DNA of 64,000 nt from IMG/VR virus record IMGVR_UViG_3300012667_000235, positions 330 through 64,329 of that record; one strand, written 5' to 3'. Position 1 is the stretch's first letter. Each line of letters starts with the position of its first letter. The notes below the pieces were generated by a model that did no database searches, was not told the DNA's origin, and was given only the letters and a program-made list of their open reading frames with translations. This document shows positions 1 through 8,256 of the stretch, in pieces. This stretch comes from a virus. Made by a program: the position numbers and the translations under genes.

Positions 1-491
1 TAACATAATTTAGTGTAAAACTTTGGTATTAAGCACCTTGTGACTGCATTGAATGAATATGTAACGTAGATTGCTGATTAATAACCGTTTACCCTAGCTC
101 ACTGTCTTTAACTCCTTTCGCTTTGAGTCCTGTGTAAAGCTGGAACGGAACCAGCACTAATATAAGTCGAAGGCTTGAGTGCTAATCTAACCACTCTGAG
201 GTTTTGTACACCAATAAACAGAAGTACAATGAATTTTTGGGATAGCGCCAATGTAATTTGGCCTTTATACGTAAATAGGATGAGCCATGAGTTGGTGAGA
301 AACCAACCCTATCCCACCCAACCATGCTATGTTAGTTTAGTAAGCAAAACCCTGGTTTTGTACTCCAGTGTCGCCAGCGCAATTCTGGCACGTAGCTCCA
401 ATATTTAGAGTGTAGTACAGGTGACTACGTAGAAGGTACTGCGGAACTCCATATGGAGCGTTAAATATCGAAGCGCAGAATTAATTGAGTT

Positions 492-773
492 GTGTCTCAG
501 CCTACTTTAAATTTCATCAACCTAATCATAATAATAAAAATAAACAACATGACTATCTGTGTATCTTGCGGTGAATATTTTAGAACTAACGCTTGGCATA
601 ATAATAAACTAGAGTGTCAAAATTGCGTAGATATAATTTCTAATAATATTTTAGATGAAGATTATGAAGTAGAGAAGAATCATTTACTTAATCCATCTGG
701 AAAGACACCTGCTGTTTTTTATGAAAATGAAGAATATGCCTATGATGACAGGGATGATAGTCACGGATTTTAA
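492..773 (+). CDS. hypothetical small protein with CxxC-(17)-CxxC zinc-ribbon-like motif
   Basis: 93-aa ORF with CVSCGEYF...CQNCVD cysteine pairs. Sits inside about 1 kb of otherwise non-coding, GC-richer sequence. Confidence 0.3.
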   Translation: MSQPTLNFINLIIIIKINNMTICVSCGEYFRTNAWHNNKLECQNCVDIISNNILDEDYEVEKNHLLNPSGKTPAVFYENEEYAYDDRDDSHGF

Positions 774-1005
774 AGAATCCCCTTAGGATCGTTTGACGTT
801 AAACGGTTATCTACGTAAGTAGAAGGCGTCCCTAGAAGCTGTTGCTAGGTAAAACAAGGGTGACACCTTGGGTAAGCATTGCCAAGTGCTTATACAAAGG
901 ATACAGCGTGTCTGTCAGCGATAGCTACGAAAAGGCTATTCTGGATTCGTAACCAGAGCTTATCTATAAGGTAAGCTTGTTTTAATCTTATAAATAAGGA
1001 AATGT

Positions 1006-1398
1006 ATGCAAGCAAATGAAGTAGTAGAAGAAAAGCCGAAGAAGAAAACTGGCTTCCGTGGCGGAGATTCGGCCATTAATCGTGCAGGTCGTAGACCGGG
1101 GATTAAGAACAGTAAACCTACTAACCGAGAGCTACGTGAAAGAGAATTACTAATGCTATTGCGGAAGATTAAACCGCACGTAGCTGATTCTGTTATGCAA
1201 GCTGCTCGTATTATGAAGAATGAAGAAGCTAGTCACCAGAATCAATTAAAGGCTGCTACGATTCTATTAGATGCTTACCGTAAGTTAACCCTTGATCTTT
1301 ATGATGGTGAAGACCCTGAAGAAGAAGGTACGGAAATTCAACAAAATAATTCACCTACAGCACTATTTTCTTTGAAAATGGTAGAACCTAAAGAGTAA
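1006..1398 (+). CDS. putative terminase small subunit / DNA-binding packaging protein
   Basis: 130 aa with a basic N-terminus (KKKTGFRGGDSAINRAGRRPGIKNSKP). AAGGAA RBS upstream. First gene of the packaging cluster, directly upstream of the large terminase. Assignment is positional. Confidence 0.35.
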   Translation: MQANEVVEEKPKKKTGFRGGDSAINRAGRRPGIKNSKPTNRELRERELLMLLRKIKPHVADSVMQAARIMKNEEASHQNQLKAATILLDAYRKLTLDLYDGEDPEEEGTEIQQNNSPTALFSLKMVEPKE

Positions 1399-1489
1399 TG
1401 ATTTCAAATGGCTAGGGTAGCTCCTGAAAAGACGTTTCATCACCGTCCTGCCTTTTGTTTATAGTGATGTTCTTTGATGAAAGAATGAT

Positions 1490-2242
1490 ATGAATAAAAC
1501 GCTAATAAGAATTCCGAATGGTCTTTTTACGGGTTTAATTGAAGTATGGAAAGATATAGAAAACTACGAAGGTATTTATCAAGTTAGTAGTTTTGGGAAT
1601 ATTAGATCGTTATCTAGATTTCGCACAGGTAAGGGTTGTTCTAAAATTTTAATAGATGGTAAGTTGATGAAGGTTAAACTTTCTAAAACTGGTTACTCAA
1701 CCATACATCTTAGAAAAAATGGTGAATCAAAACACCCATCAATCCATAGGTTAGTTGCAAAAGCTTTTTTAATTAATAAAGAAAATAAACCAACCGTCAA
1801 TCATGTTGATGGTAATAAAAATAATAATAATATTTCTAATTTAGAATGGTCAACTAGTGCTGAACAGATGCAACATGCAGTAGTTAATAATTTAGTAAAT
1901 AAACAAGGTAGCGCAAAGTTTACCAAAGTGTATAAACAAGAAATATATAACTATTATCATAACCATGATATTAGTATTTTTGCATTAAGTAGACTGTTTT
2001 CTGTAAGTGAAAGAACTGCTGGTAGAATAGTGAAAGGGGTTACACCTAGAACTACTACTCGTATAAAAAAAGATGGTAGTAAGATAATTGAAAATATTCT
2101 AACAAAAGAACAGATTCAAGAAATAAAATTATTACGAAACCAAGGATGGACATTTGCGGAATTATCAGAAAAATTTAATAGAGGTATATCCCAGATGTAT
2201 CGTATAGTTAATGATTTATCTAGAACTACGAACATAGAATAA
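1490..2242 (+). CDS. free-standing HNH homing endonuclease (NUMOD4-like N-terminus plus HNH_3-like core)
   Basis: IEVWKDIENYEGIYQVSSFGNIRS and NHVDGNKNNNNISNLEW motifs. C-terminal helix-turn-helix-like repeats. Located between the small and large terminase genes. Confidence 0.8.
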   Translation: MNKTLIRIPNGLFTGLIEVWKDIENYEGIYQVSSFGNIRSLSRFRTGKGCSKILIDGKLMKVKLSKTGYSTIHLRKNGESKHPSIHRLVAKAFLINKENKPTVNHVDGNKNNNNISNLEWSTSAEQMQHAVVNNLVNKQGSAKFTKVYKQEIYNYYHNHDISIFALSRLFSVSERTAGRIVKGVTPRTTTRIKKDGSKIIENILTKEQIQEIKLLRNQGWTFAELSEKFNRGISQMYRIVNDLSRTTNIE

Positions 2243-2250
2243 GGAGAATT

Positions 2251-2334
2251 ATGTCAGACATTATATTTGCTCCTGCTTCGGAACCACAAAGTCAATTTTT
2301 ATTAAGTGATAGTTGGTTTACAATATATGGTGGT
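2251..2334 (+). CDS. terL: terminase large subunit, exon 1 (MSDIIFAPASEPQSQFLLSDSWFTIYGG)
   Basis: AAGGAG RBS at 2241-2246. The 28-aa N-terminal segment ends in IYGG. Joining to 2548 gives ...IYGG|AAFAGKS, a canonical terminase Walker A. The same reading frame continues into exon 2. Confidence 0.6.
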
Positions 2335-2547
2335 GAACATAGCGCCTCCATTTAAAACCTATTTAATTCGGTGAAACCCTAACGTAAAGTCGAGGGCAAT
2401 ACCGAGCCAAGCGTAATGGCGTGTGTAGAGACTAGTCGAAAGACGTAAGCATCAAGCGATGCTGAAACAGTAGGTAGTGAAAACTAAAGATATAGTCCGA
2501 TACCCAAGGAAACTTGGGAATGCTTTAGCGAAGCATACAACAAAAAG
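2335..2547 (+). ncRNA. group I self-splicing intron, ORF-less (~213 nt) interrupting terL
   Basis: R-like GTAGAGACTAG at 2428-2438 and S-like AAGATATAGTCC at 2487-2498 can form P7 (GACUA/UAGUC). P8 hairpin AGCATC-AAGC-GATGCT. P9 hairpin CCCAAGG-AAA-CTTGGG. Internal guide GCCTCC can pair with exon end GGTGGT, with U.G at the splice site. Last intron base is G. Intron length is a multiple of 3, keeping both exons in frame. Confidence 0.65.
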
Positions 2548-3918
2548 GCAGCTTTCGCAGGTAAGAGTTTTTGCTTACTTGGAAGCATGTTACCAATTAT
2601 CAGTAATCCCGGAACTCGTGCTGTAATTATCCGTAAAACTACTAAAATGTTATCGGGTTCTGGTGGTTTATTTGATGCAGCTATCAATCTTTATTCCAAG
2701 ATTGATCCCAAGATGAAGATTAAGAGTAGAGATTTAACTATTATATTTTCATCTGGTGCAGAACTGCAGTTTACATACTTAGATAAACCTGCTGACCGAA
2801 TGAATTTGCAAGGTAGAGAATACTCCAGAATTGCTTTCGATGAATGTCAGCAATTAGACGGTGACAACGTATTCTATGCATTAAGTCGTTTACGCTCTAC
2901 TCGTGTTAAATACCCATTACAAGCACATGCTACGTGCAATCCTGATCCAAGTTCATTCTTGATGCAGTTTGTAGAGCATATGCTTGATGAGAATCTTGTA
3001 CCAATTAGGCAAGATAAATATAAAGAACGCTACTTTATTAAAGATAGCTCTGGATTTACTTTTTACGATGATAAAGAAGAGGCACATCGTGTTCACGGTG
3101 CTGGTAAAGAAAATCCTGTAAAATCATACTGCTTTATTCCCGGAAGTATTTATGATAATCCAATAGGTCTTGAACAAAATAAAGACTATATCTCTACACT
3201 TAAAGCCCTACCTCCTGTTGAATCAAGAAGATTATTGCATGGTGCTTGGGTACGTGAACAACGAAGTGGTTATTTCAAGAGAGAATGGGCAGAATTTGTA
3301 AACTATCCTAATATTAGGGCAAGCCGTAGATGCCGTGCTTGGGACTTAGCTTTTAGTGAAGCGTCTGAATCAAAACCTCGTGTCGATGCTACCGCAGGTG
3401 TATTAGTATCAAAAGAAGATAGAACAAATAAATATACCGTAGAAGATGTAATTACTCTACGTAAAAGAGTACACGAAGTTGAACAAGCTATTTTTCAAAC
3501 AGCGGAACGTGATGGAAGAGATTGTATTATATCACTTCCACTTGATCCGGGAGCTACTGCTAGTGCTTATTGTAAAGATTTATCAAGAAGATTATCTGAA
3601 CGAGGATTTACTGTAAAACTTACTCGACCAGATAGAGGTAAACTTCAAAGATTTTTACCATTTGCTTCTGTAGCCGAAGCTGGTTTTGTATCTGTTGTTA
3701 GAACAGATTGGACAGAAGATTACATAAATGAATTAGAGCAAACAGAGTTTAATAATAAAACATTTGATGACCAATGTGATGCTACTTCTGATGCTTTTTT
3801 TCATTTGAATAAGACTTTGCAGTTACCTACATTTTCACTACCTGATTTATCTCAAACTCCAGCATATAGTATTAATCCTACAGGTAGTATCCCTATCTCT
3901 GGTGTAACAATTCCATAA
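2548..3918 (+). CDS. terL: terminase large subunit, exon 2 (ATPase Walker A AAFAGKS, Walker B IAFDECQQL, C-terminal nuclease domain)
   Basis: In-frame ORF open from 2488 with no start codon before M2587, yet it carries GKS just upstream of that M. Walker B-like AFDEC. Size and position between small terminase and portal fit terL. Confidence 0.85.
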   Translation, partial: AAFAGKSFCLLGSMLPIISNPGTRAVIIRKTTKMLSGSGGLFDAAINLYSKIDPKMKIKSRDLTIIFSSGAELQFTYLDKPADRMNLQGREYSRIAFDECQQLDGDNVFYALSRLRSTRVKYPLQAHATCNPDPSSFLMQFVEHMLDENLVPIRQDKYKERYFIKDSSGFTFYDDKEEAHRVHGAGKENPVKSYCFIPGSIYDNPIGLEQNKDYISTLKALPPVESRRLLHGAWVREQRSGYFKREWAEFVNYPNIRASRRCRAWDLAFSEASESKPRVDATAGVLVSKEDRTNKYTVEDVITLRKRVHEVEQAIFQTAERDGRDCIISLPLDPGATASAYCKDLSRRLSERGFTVKLTRPDRGKLQRFLPFASVAEAGFVSVVRTDWTEDYINELEQTEFNNKTFDDQCDATSDAFFHLNKTLQLPTFSLPDLSQTPAYSINPTGSIPISGVTIP

Positions 3919-3942
3919 TAGAAATAAAGGAGCCTTTAATAA

Positions 3943-5421
3943 ATGGCTAGAACTAAACAAAATCAAGTCCAAGTAGAAAAGGCTATTGCACCTTCTGATA
4001 AACCTGAAAGGTTTCAGCTTGGTGAAGTAGGATATAGTGGGTTAAATCTATTTAATGGTGTAACTAACGAAGAAGTTAAAAGAGAATTAAATTGGCCTTA
4101 TAGTGCAGAGACATATAAGGAAATGAGTTATCATTCTGCTATTAATTCTTGTTTAAGCCTATACGATAGTTTAATCTCTAAAGTTGATTGGAGAGTACTT
4201 CCTCCAAAAGATGCAACCGAAAAAGAAAAGCAAGAAACTGAATTTGTAAATCAATGTATTGGTGACATGGAGAATTCTTTCCGTGATTTCATCAAAGATG
4301 CATTATCCAGTAACATTTATGGCTTCTCTATCCATGAGAAAGTATTCCGTAGACGTTATAAATCAAATGGCAGTTTATATGATGACGGTAAAATAGGTTT
4401 AAGAAAACTTGCTTTACGTAATCAAGAATCAATTTACAGATTTATTTATGATACAGATGGTAATAACATCGTAGGTGTAGAACAAGTTGTAAATGGGTAT
4501 AATAATCAAAGATATGGTAATCTAAATCAGACTAATATTATTCTACCACGCAGTAAATATGTTCATATTACTGTTGGTCGTAATAGAAATGATCCATTCG
4601 GTAAATCACCGTTACGTGATGTTTACTTAGCATGGAGATATCTGACTGTTATTCAAGAGATTGAAGCAGCAGGTGTAGCTCGTGATTTACAAGGTTTACC
4701 AGTTCTTGAGATTCCTGCACAGTATATGTCAGCAGATGCTTCTGCAGAGCAGAAAGCTATTTACGAGAACTTTAAGAATATTATTCGTAATATCCAAAAT
4801 AATAGCCAATCTGGTATTATTCTTCCTTCTGCTACAGATCCTGATACTCGTGCAAAACTATTTTCTCTTACTCTACTAAATAGTGACGGTAAGAAATCAT
4901 TCGATACAGGTAAGGTAAAAGACTTTTATCAGAATCAGATTTATACTGGTCTTGCTTGTGATCTTTTGATTATGGGTCAATCTGGTGTAGGCTCATTTGC
5001 ATTAGGTGCTTTAAAGAGTAGCATTACTGGTGCATATCTTGAATCAATGCTTGATAATATCGTAGAGATATTCAATCGTGATGTTATTCGTCAATTGTAT
5101 GATCTAAATGGGTTTGATGCTTCTCGTGCATGTTCATTAGATTATGACAATCTACATGCAGTTGATCTAGAAGGTCTGTCCAAGGCTTATCAGCGCATGG
5201 GTGCTACTGGTTTCCTACCTAAGACGGTTGATGTTATTAATCGCGGTCTTACTGCACTTGGTATTGATGAATTACCAGAAGGTACTAATTTAGATGAAGT
5301 TCTTCCTGATAGTACTACCCGCAGTGGTGATGGTATGAAAGAAGGATTGAATTCTGGTACAGGAAGTGCAGATGGATCAGGTGGTGATTCTTCAGCTAGT
5401 AACGCAGATAATACGGCTTAA
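3943..5421 (+). CDS. portal protein
   Basis: 492-aa ORF immediately downstream of terL with an AAGGAG RBS. Gly/Ser/Asp-rich C-terminal tail. Size and position are typical of portal proteins. Confidence 0.7.
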   Translation: MARTKQNQVQVEKAIAPSDKPERFQLGEVGYSGLNLFNGVTNEEVKRELNWPYSAETYKEMSYHSAINSCLSLYDSLISKVDWRVLPPKDATEKEKQETEFVNQCIGDMENSFRDFIKDALSSNIYGFSIHEKVFRRRYKSNGSLYDDGKIGLRKLALRNQESIYRFIYDTDGNNIVGVEQVVNGYNNQRYGNLNQTNIILPRSKYVHITVGRNRNDPFGKSPLRDVYLAWRYLTVIQEIEAAGVARDLQGLPVLEIPAQYMSADASAEQKAIYENFKNIIRNIQNNSQSGIILPSATDPDTRAKLFSLTLLNSDGKKSFDTGKVKDFYQNQIYTGLACDLLIMGQSGVGSFALGALKSSITGAYLESMLDNIVEIFNRDVIRQLYDLNGFDASRACSLDYDNLHAVDLEGLSKAYQRMGATGFLPKTVDVINRGLTALGIDELPEGTNLDEVLPDSTTRSGDGMKEGLNSGTGSADGSGGDSSASNADNTA

Positions 5422-5422
5422 T

Positions 5423-5821
5423 ATGAAATTAAAATCAATTATAACATCCATCATTTTAGCTGTATTAATGCACTCTGCGTTTGCTACATTACCAGCCCCC
5501 GGAACAGAAGGGGCTATTAATGATCCTAGATACTGCGGAGAGCCAGCAAGAGATAAGAACGGTAAGATTAAACGTAGTCAAACCGTTCTAAAGAAGTTTA
5601 CGGCTGTATTCCCTTGTCCGAGTACAATGTTACCAACAGCAAGCTGCCCTGATTGGGCAATCGATCATACCATTCCATTAGCAATGGGTGGTTGTGATAG
5701 TCAGGCTAATTTGACATGGCTACCTGATGCAATTAAAAGCTGTGCAGACGATGCTTGTAAAGACCGTTGGGAACGAAAGTATCATGCTATGCCACGACAA
5801 GTAATTGTTATACCGAAATAA
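5423..5821 (+). CDS. HNH (His-Me finger) nuclease with predicted N-terminal signal peptide or membrane anchor
   Basis: Start re-assigned to ATG 5423 (MKLKSIITSIILAVLMHSAFATLPAPG is hydrophobic and signal-like). HNH core CPDWAIDHTIPLAMGGCDSQANLTWLP...C..C..H. Confidence 0.6.
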   Translation: MKLKSIITSIILAVLMHSAFATLPAPGTEGAINDPRYCGEPARDKNGKIKRSQTVLKKFTAVFPCPSTMLPTASCPDWAIDHTIPLAMGGCDSQANLTWLPDAIKSCADDACKDRWERKYHAMPRQVIVIPK

Positions 5822-5840
5822 CGAAAGAAAAGAAATAATA

Positions 5841-6191
5841 ATGGCAGCTACCGTATTAAATTTATCTATCGAACAAGGAATTCCTTATTATAAGGAACTT
5901 CTGGTAAAAGACCCAAATGGTGCTAATAAGAATCTTACTGGTTATACAGCAAGGATGCAATTTAGACCTTACATATCTAGCTCAGAAATTAGTTTGGATG
6001 CAACAACTGCTAATACCAAATTACTTATTGATACGGTTAACTCCTATGTAATTATTAATCTATCAGAAGCAGATACACAAGCATTGACATATACTAGTTA
6101 TAGTTACGATATAGAACTAGTAAGTGCAGCAAATAAACCAATTAGACTTGTTCAAGGCACTGTTAGCCTAAATCAAGAAGTAACTCGATAA
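5841..6191 (+). CDS. hypothetical protein (beta-rich, possible virion protein)
   Basis: First in-frame ATG of ORF 5805..6191. No recognisable motif. Confidence 0.4.
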   Translation: MAATVLNLSIEQGIPYYKELLVKDPNGANKNLTGYTARMQFRPYISSSEISLDATTANTKLLIDTVNSYVIINLSEADTQALTYTSYSYDIELVSAANKPIRLVQGTVSLNQEVTR

Positions 6192-6219
6192 TCAACTCAA
6201 ATAAACATTAAGGATTCCT

Positions 6220-6714
6220 ATGCCTATTCTAACAACTGACATTGTATACCGTCTAAGCGGTGGTGCTGCTAATGCTGACCCTCTCCTATCTCTAGGTGGA
6301 GCTAAATCAGCTAATGCTGCTAGTACAAATATTTATGACGATGTATCAAGCGCAGAAGCTACTGCTGGTGATATTGAATATCGTTGCGTTTATATTCATA
6401 ATGGTCATGCTACCCTATCTTACCTAGGTTCAAAGATTTGGGTTCAAACCAATACTCCTTCTGCAGATACTACCGTAGCTATTGGTCTAGGTACTTCTGG
6501 TCTAAATGCAACAGAACAGACTGTAGCTAATGAAAATACGGCTCCTGTAGGCGTTACCTTTAGTTCTCCTGTTGATTTTGCAGGTGGTCTGCTAATGGGT
6601 GATATTCCTGCTGGTCAGCACTATGCAGTTTGGATTCGTCGTACAGTTAATGCCGCTGCCGCTGCAGTTGCCGATAGCTTTACACTACGTGTTCAAGGCG
6701 ATACTAATCCCTAA
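6220..6714 (+). CDS. hypothetical Gly/Ala/Thr-rich protein, fibre-like
   Basis: 164 aa with a low-complexity G/A/T/S composition. Part of the co-oriented cluster following the portal gene. Confidence 0.4.
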   Translation: MPILTTDIVYRLSGGAANADPLLSLGGAKSANAASTNIYDDVSSAEATAGDIEYRCVYIHNGHATLSYLGSKIWVQTNTPSADTTVAIGLGTSGLNATEQTVANENTAPVGVTFSSPVDFAGGLLMGDIPAGQHYAVWIRRTVNAAAAAVADSFTLRVQGDTNP

Positions 6715-6719
6715 TTAAT

Positions 6720-7073
6720 ATGCCTTATTTTGCAGATCGTGTGCAGGAAACAGTATCTGGTACTCCGGGTACTGGCCCTATTACATTAGGTGGTGCTGTA
6801 GTAAAGTTTCAAACATTTGCCAATGGATTTGATGAAAAACCTTGTTTCATTGGCTACGCTATTGAAGATGGTAATGATTGGGAAGTTGGTAAGGGTACAC
6901 TAAATAGCACAGGCACTGTACTCACTCGTGATGTATTACGTAGTAGCAGTACAGGTTCTCTATTAAATCTAACATCTGCTGCTGTTGTATTCTGTACACC
7001 TTCTGCAGAACATATTGATAATTCAAATATTGGGCATCAGTACGCGCAAGTACGTGGATTGCCTCTACCATAA
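6720..7073 (+). CDS. putative tail-fibre/receptor-binding N-terminal domain protein
   Basis: 117 aa. The N-terminal pattern ADRVQETVSGTPGTGPITLGGA...YAIEDGNDWEVGKGTL resembles conserved N-termini of phage fibre proteins. This is a recollection, not a search result. Confidence 0.35.
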   Translation: MPYFADRVQETVSGTPGTGPITLGGAVVKFQTFANGFDEKPCFIGYAIEDGNDWEVGKGTLNSTGTVLTRDVLRSSSTGSLLNLTSAAVVFCTPSAEHIDNSNIGHQYAQVRGLPLP

Positions 7074-7082
7074 GGAATAATA

Positions 7083-7817
7083 ATGGCTGGAAATTCAGAC
7101 CCAATTTATAGCAGACGAGGTGCTATTACTCGTAGCACTCTTCTTAAAACTGCTGCTGCTGATTATACTGGTGTATCTCCATATAATAAAGAAGTATTTT
7201 CTGCTGACGCAACTAATGGATCATATTTACAAAGAATACGTTTTAAGGCTATGGGTACAAATGCCGCAACTATTGCACGTGTTTATTTGAATGATGGTGA
7301 TATTACCGAAAACTTTGGAACAGCTATTGGTGCCCCAACTGGTACACCTTCTGGTACTGGTGGTAGTATTTTAGCAGGTACTTACTATGCTGTAATTATT
7401 GCGGTCAATGAAAAGAATATGTTAACACCAATCGGTACAATTTCTCTTGGTGTTGCTACTACTGGTTCTACTAGTTCAATTTCATGGAGTTGGACAGCAC
7501 AAGCTGGTGCTGTATCTTATCGTATTTATATTGGTAGTACTAACTCAACTGAAGCTTTAACTAGATATTTTACTAGTGCTACAAATAGTTATAGTCAAAC
7601 AACTATGCATTATAATGGAACTTATGATGATCCTAATGTTGGTAACTCTAAGTTCTATGGTGAAATTTCACTTCCAGCTACTACAGTTAATGTGGTGAGT
7701 CCAGATATTGATTATCCAATGAATATTGCTCTACCTCCCGGATGGGAAGTATACGTAGGACTAGTTACGGCTGTAGCTGCTGGTTGGAACATAACAGGTA
7801 TTGGTGGAGATTACTAA
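7083..7817 (+). CDS. hypothetical structural protein (T/S/G-rich, beta-sandwich-like)
   Basis: 244 aa with low-complexity T/S/G-rich composition. Directly followed by a chaperone-like gene. Confidence 0.4.
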   Translation: MAGNSDPIYSRRGAITRSTLLKTAAADYTGVSPYNKEVFSADATNGSYLQRIRFKAMGTNAATIARVYLNDGDITENFGTAIGAPTGTPSGTGGSILAGTYYAVIIAVNEKNMLTPIGTISLGVATTGSTSSISWSWTAQAGAVSYRIYIGSTNSTEALTRYFTSATNSYSQTTMHYNGTYDDPNVGNSKFYGEISLPATTVNVVSPDIDYPMNIALPPGWEVYVGLVTAVAAGWNITGIGGDY

Positions 7818-7818
7818 A

Positions 7819-8256
7819 ATGCAATATATTCTTATCAAGTTTCTTAATGATAATACACACGGATACCAAGAGATTTGCAGAGGGACTTTGGTAAGATATA
7901 CTGACCTTGATGGTGTTACTATTATACCTCATGGTTCTAATACAGTAGTTGATAGTAGTCCAGTACAACCATCATGGGCTTTAGAAGATACTCCTATACC
8001 TGTGGTTAAACCAGAAGTACCATCTGTAGTAAGTATGCGTCAGGCTCAATTAGCATTATTTCAATCTGGACTATTATCAAATATTCAACCAATTATAGAT
8101 GCGATGCCTGAACCTCAAAAGACAATTGCTAATATTGAATGGAATAAGGCAAGTGAAGTTCACAGATGTGAAGGATTTGCTATTAATATGGCAGGTTTAC
8201 TAGGTCTAACAGATAGCCAATTAGATGATTTATTTATTTTAGCAGGGACATTATAA
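7819..8256 (+). CDS. putative tail-fibre assembly chaperone
   Basis: The C-terminal segment QAQLALFQSGLLSNIQPIIDAMPEPQKTIANIEWNKASEVHRCEGFAINMAGLLGLTDSQLDDLFILAG matches the conserved Tfa/DUF4376-type chaperone C-terminus. Start set at the first ATG. Confidence 0.45.
   Translation: MQYILIKFLNDNTHGYQEICRGTLVRYTDLDGVTIIPHGSNTVVDSSPVQPSWALEDTPIPVVKPEVPSVVSMRQAQLALFQSGLLSNIQPIIDAMPEPQKTIANIEWNKASEVHRCEGFAINMAGLLGLTDSQLDDLFILAGTL

Noticed and set aside
175-408. 77-aa ORF in the leading non-coding region
   Set aside because: No RBS and odd composition. It lies in a region that looks RNA-structured or regulatory.
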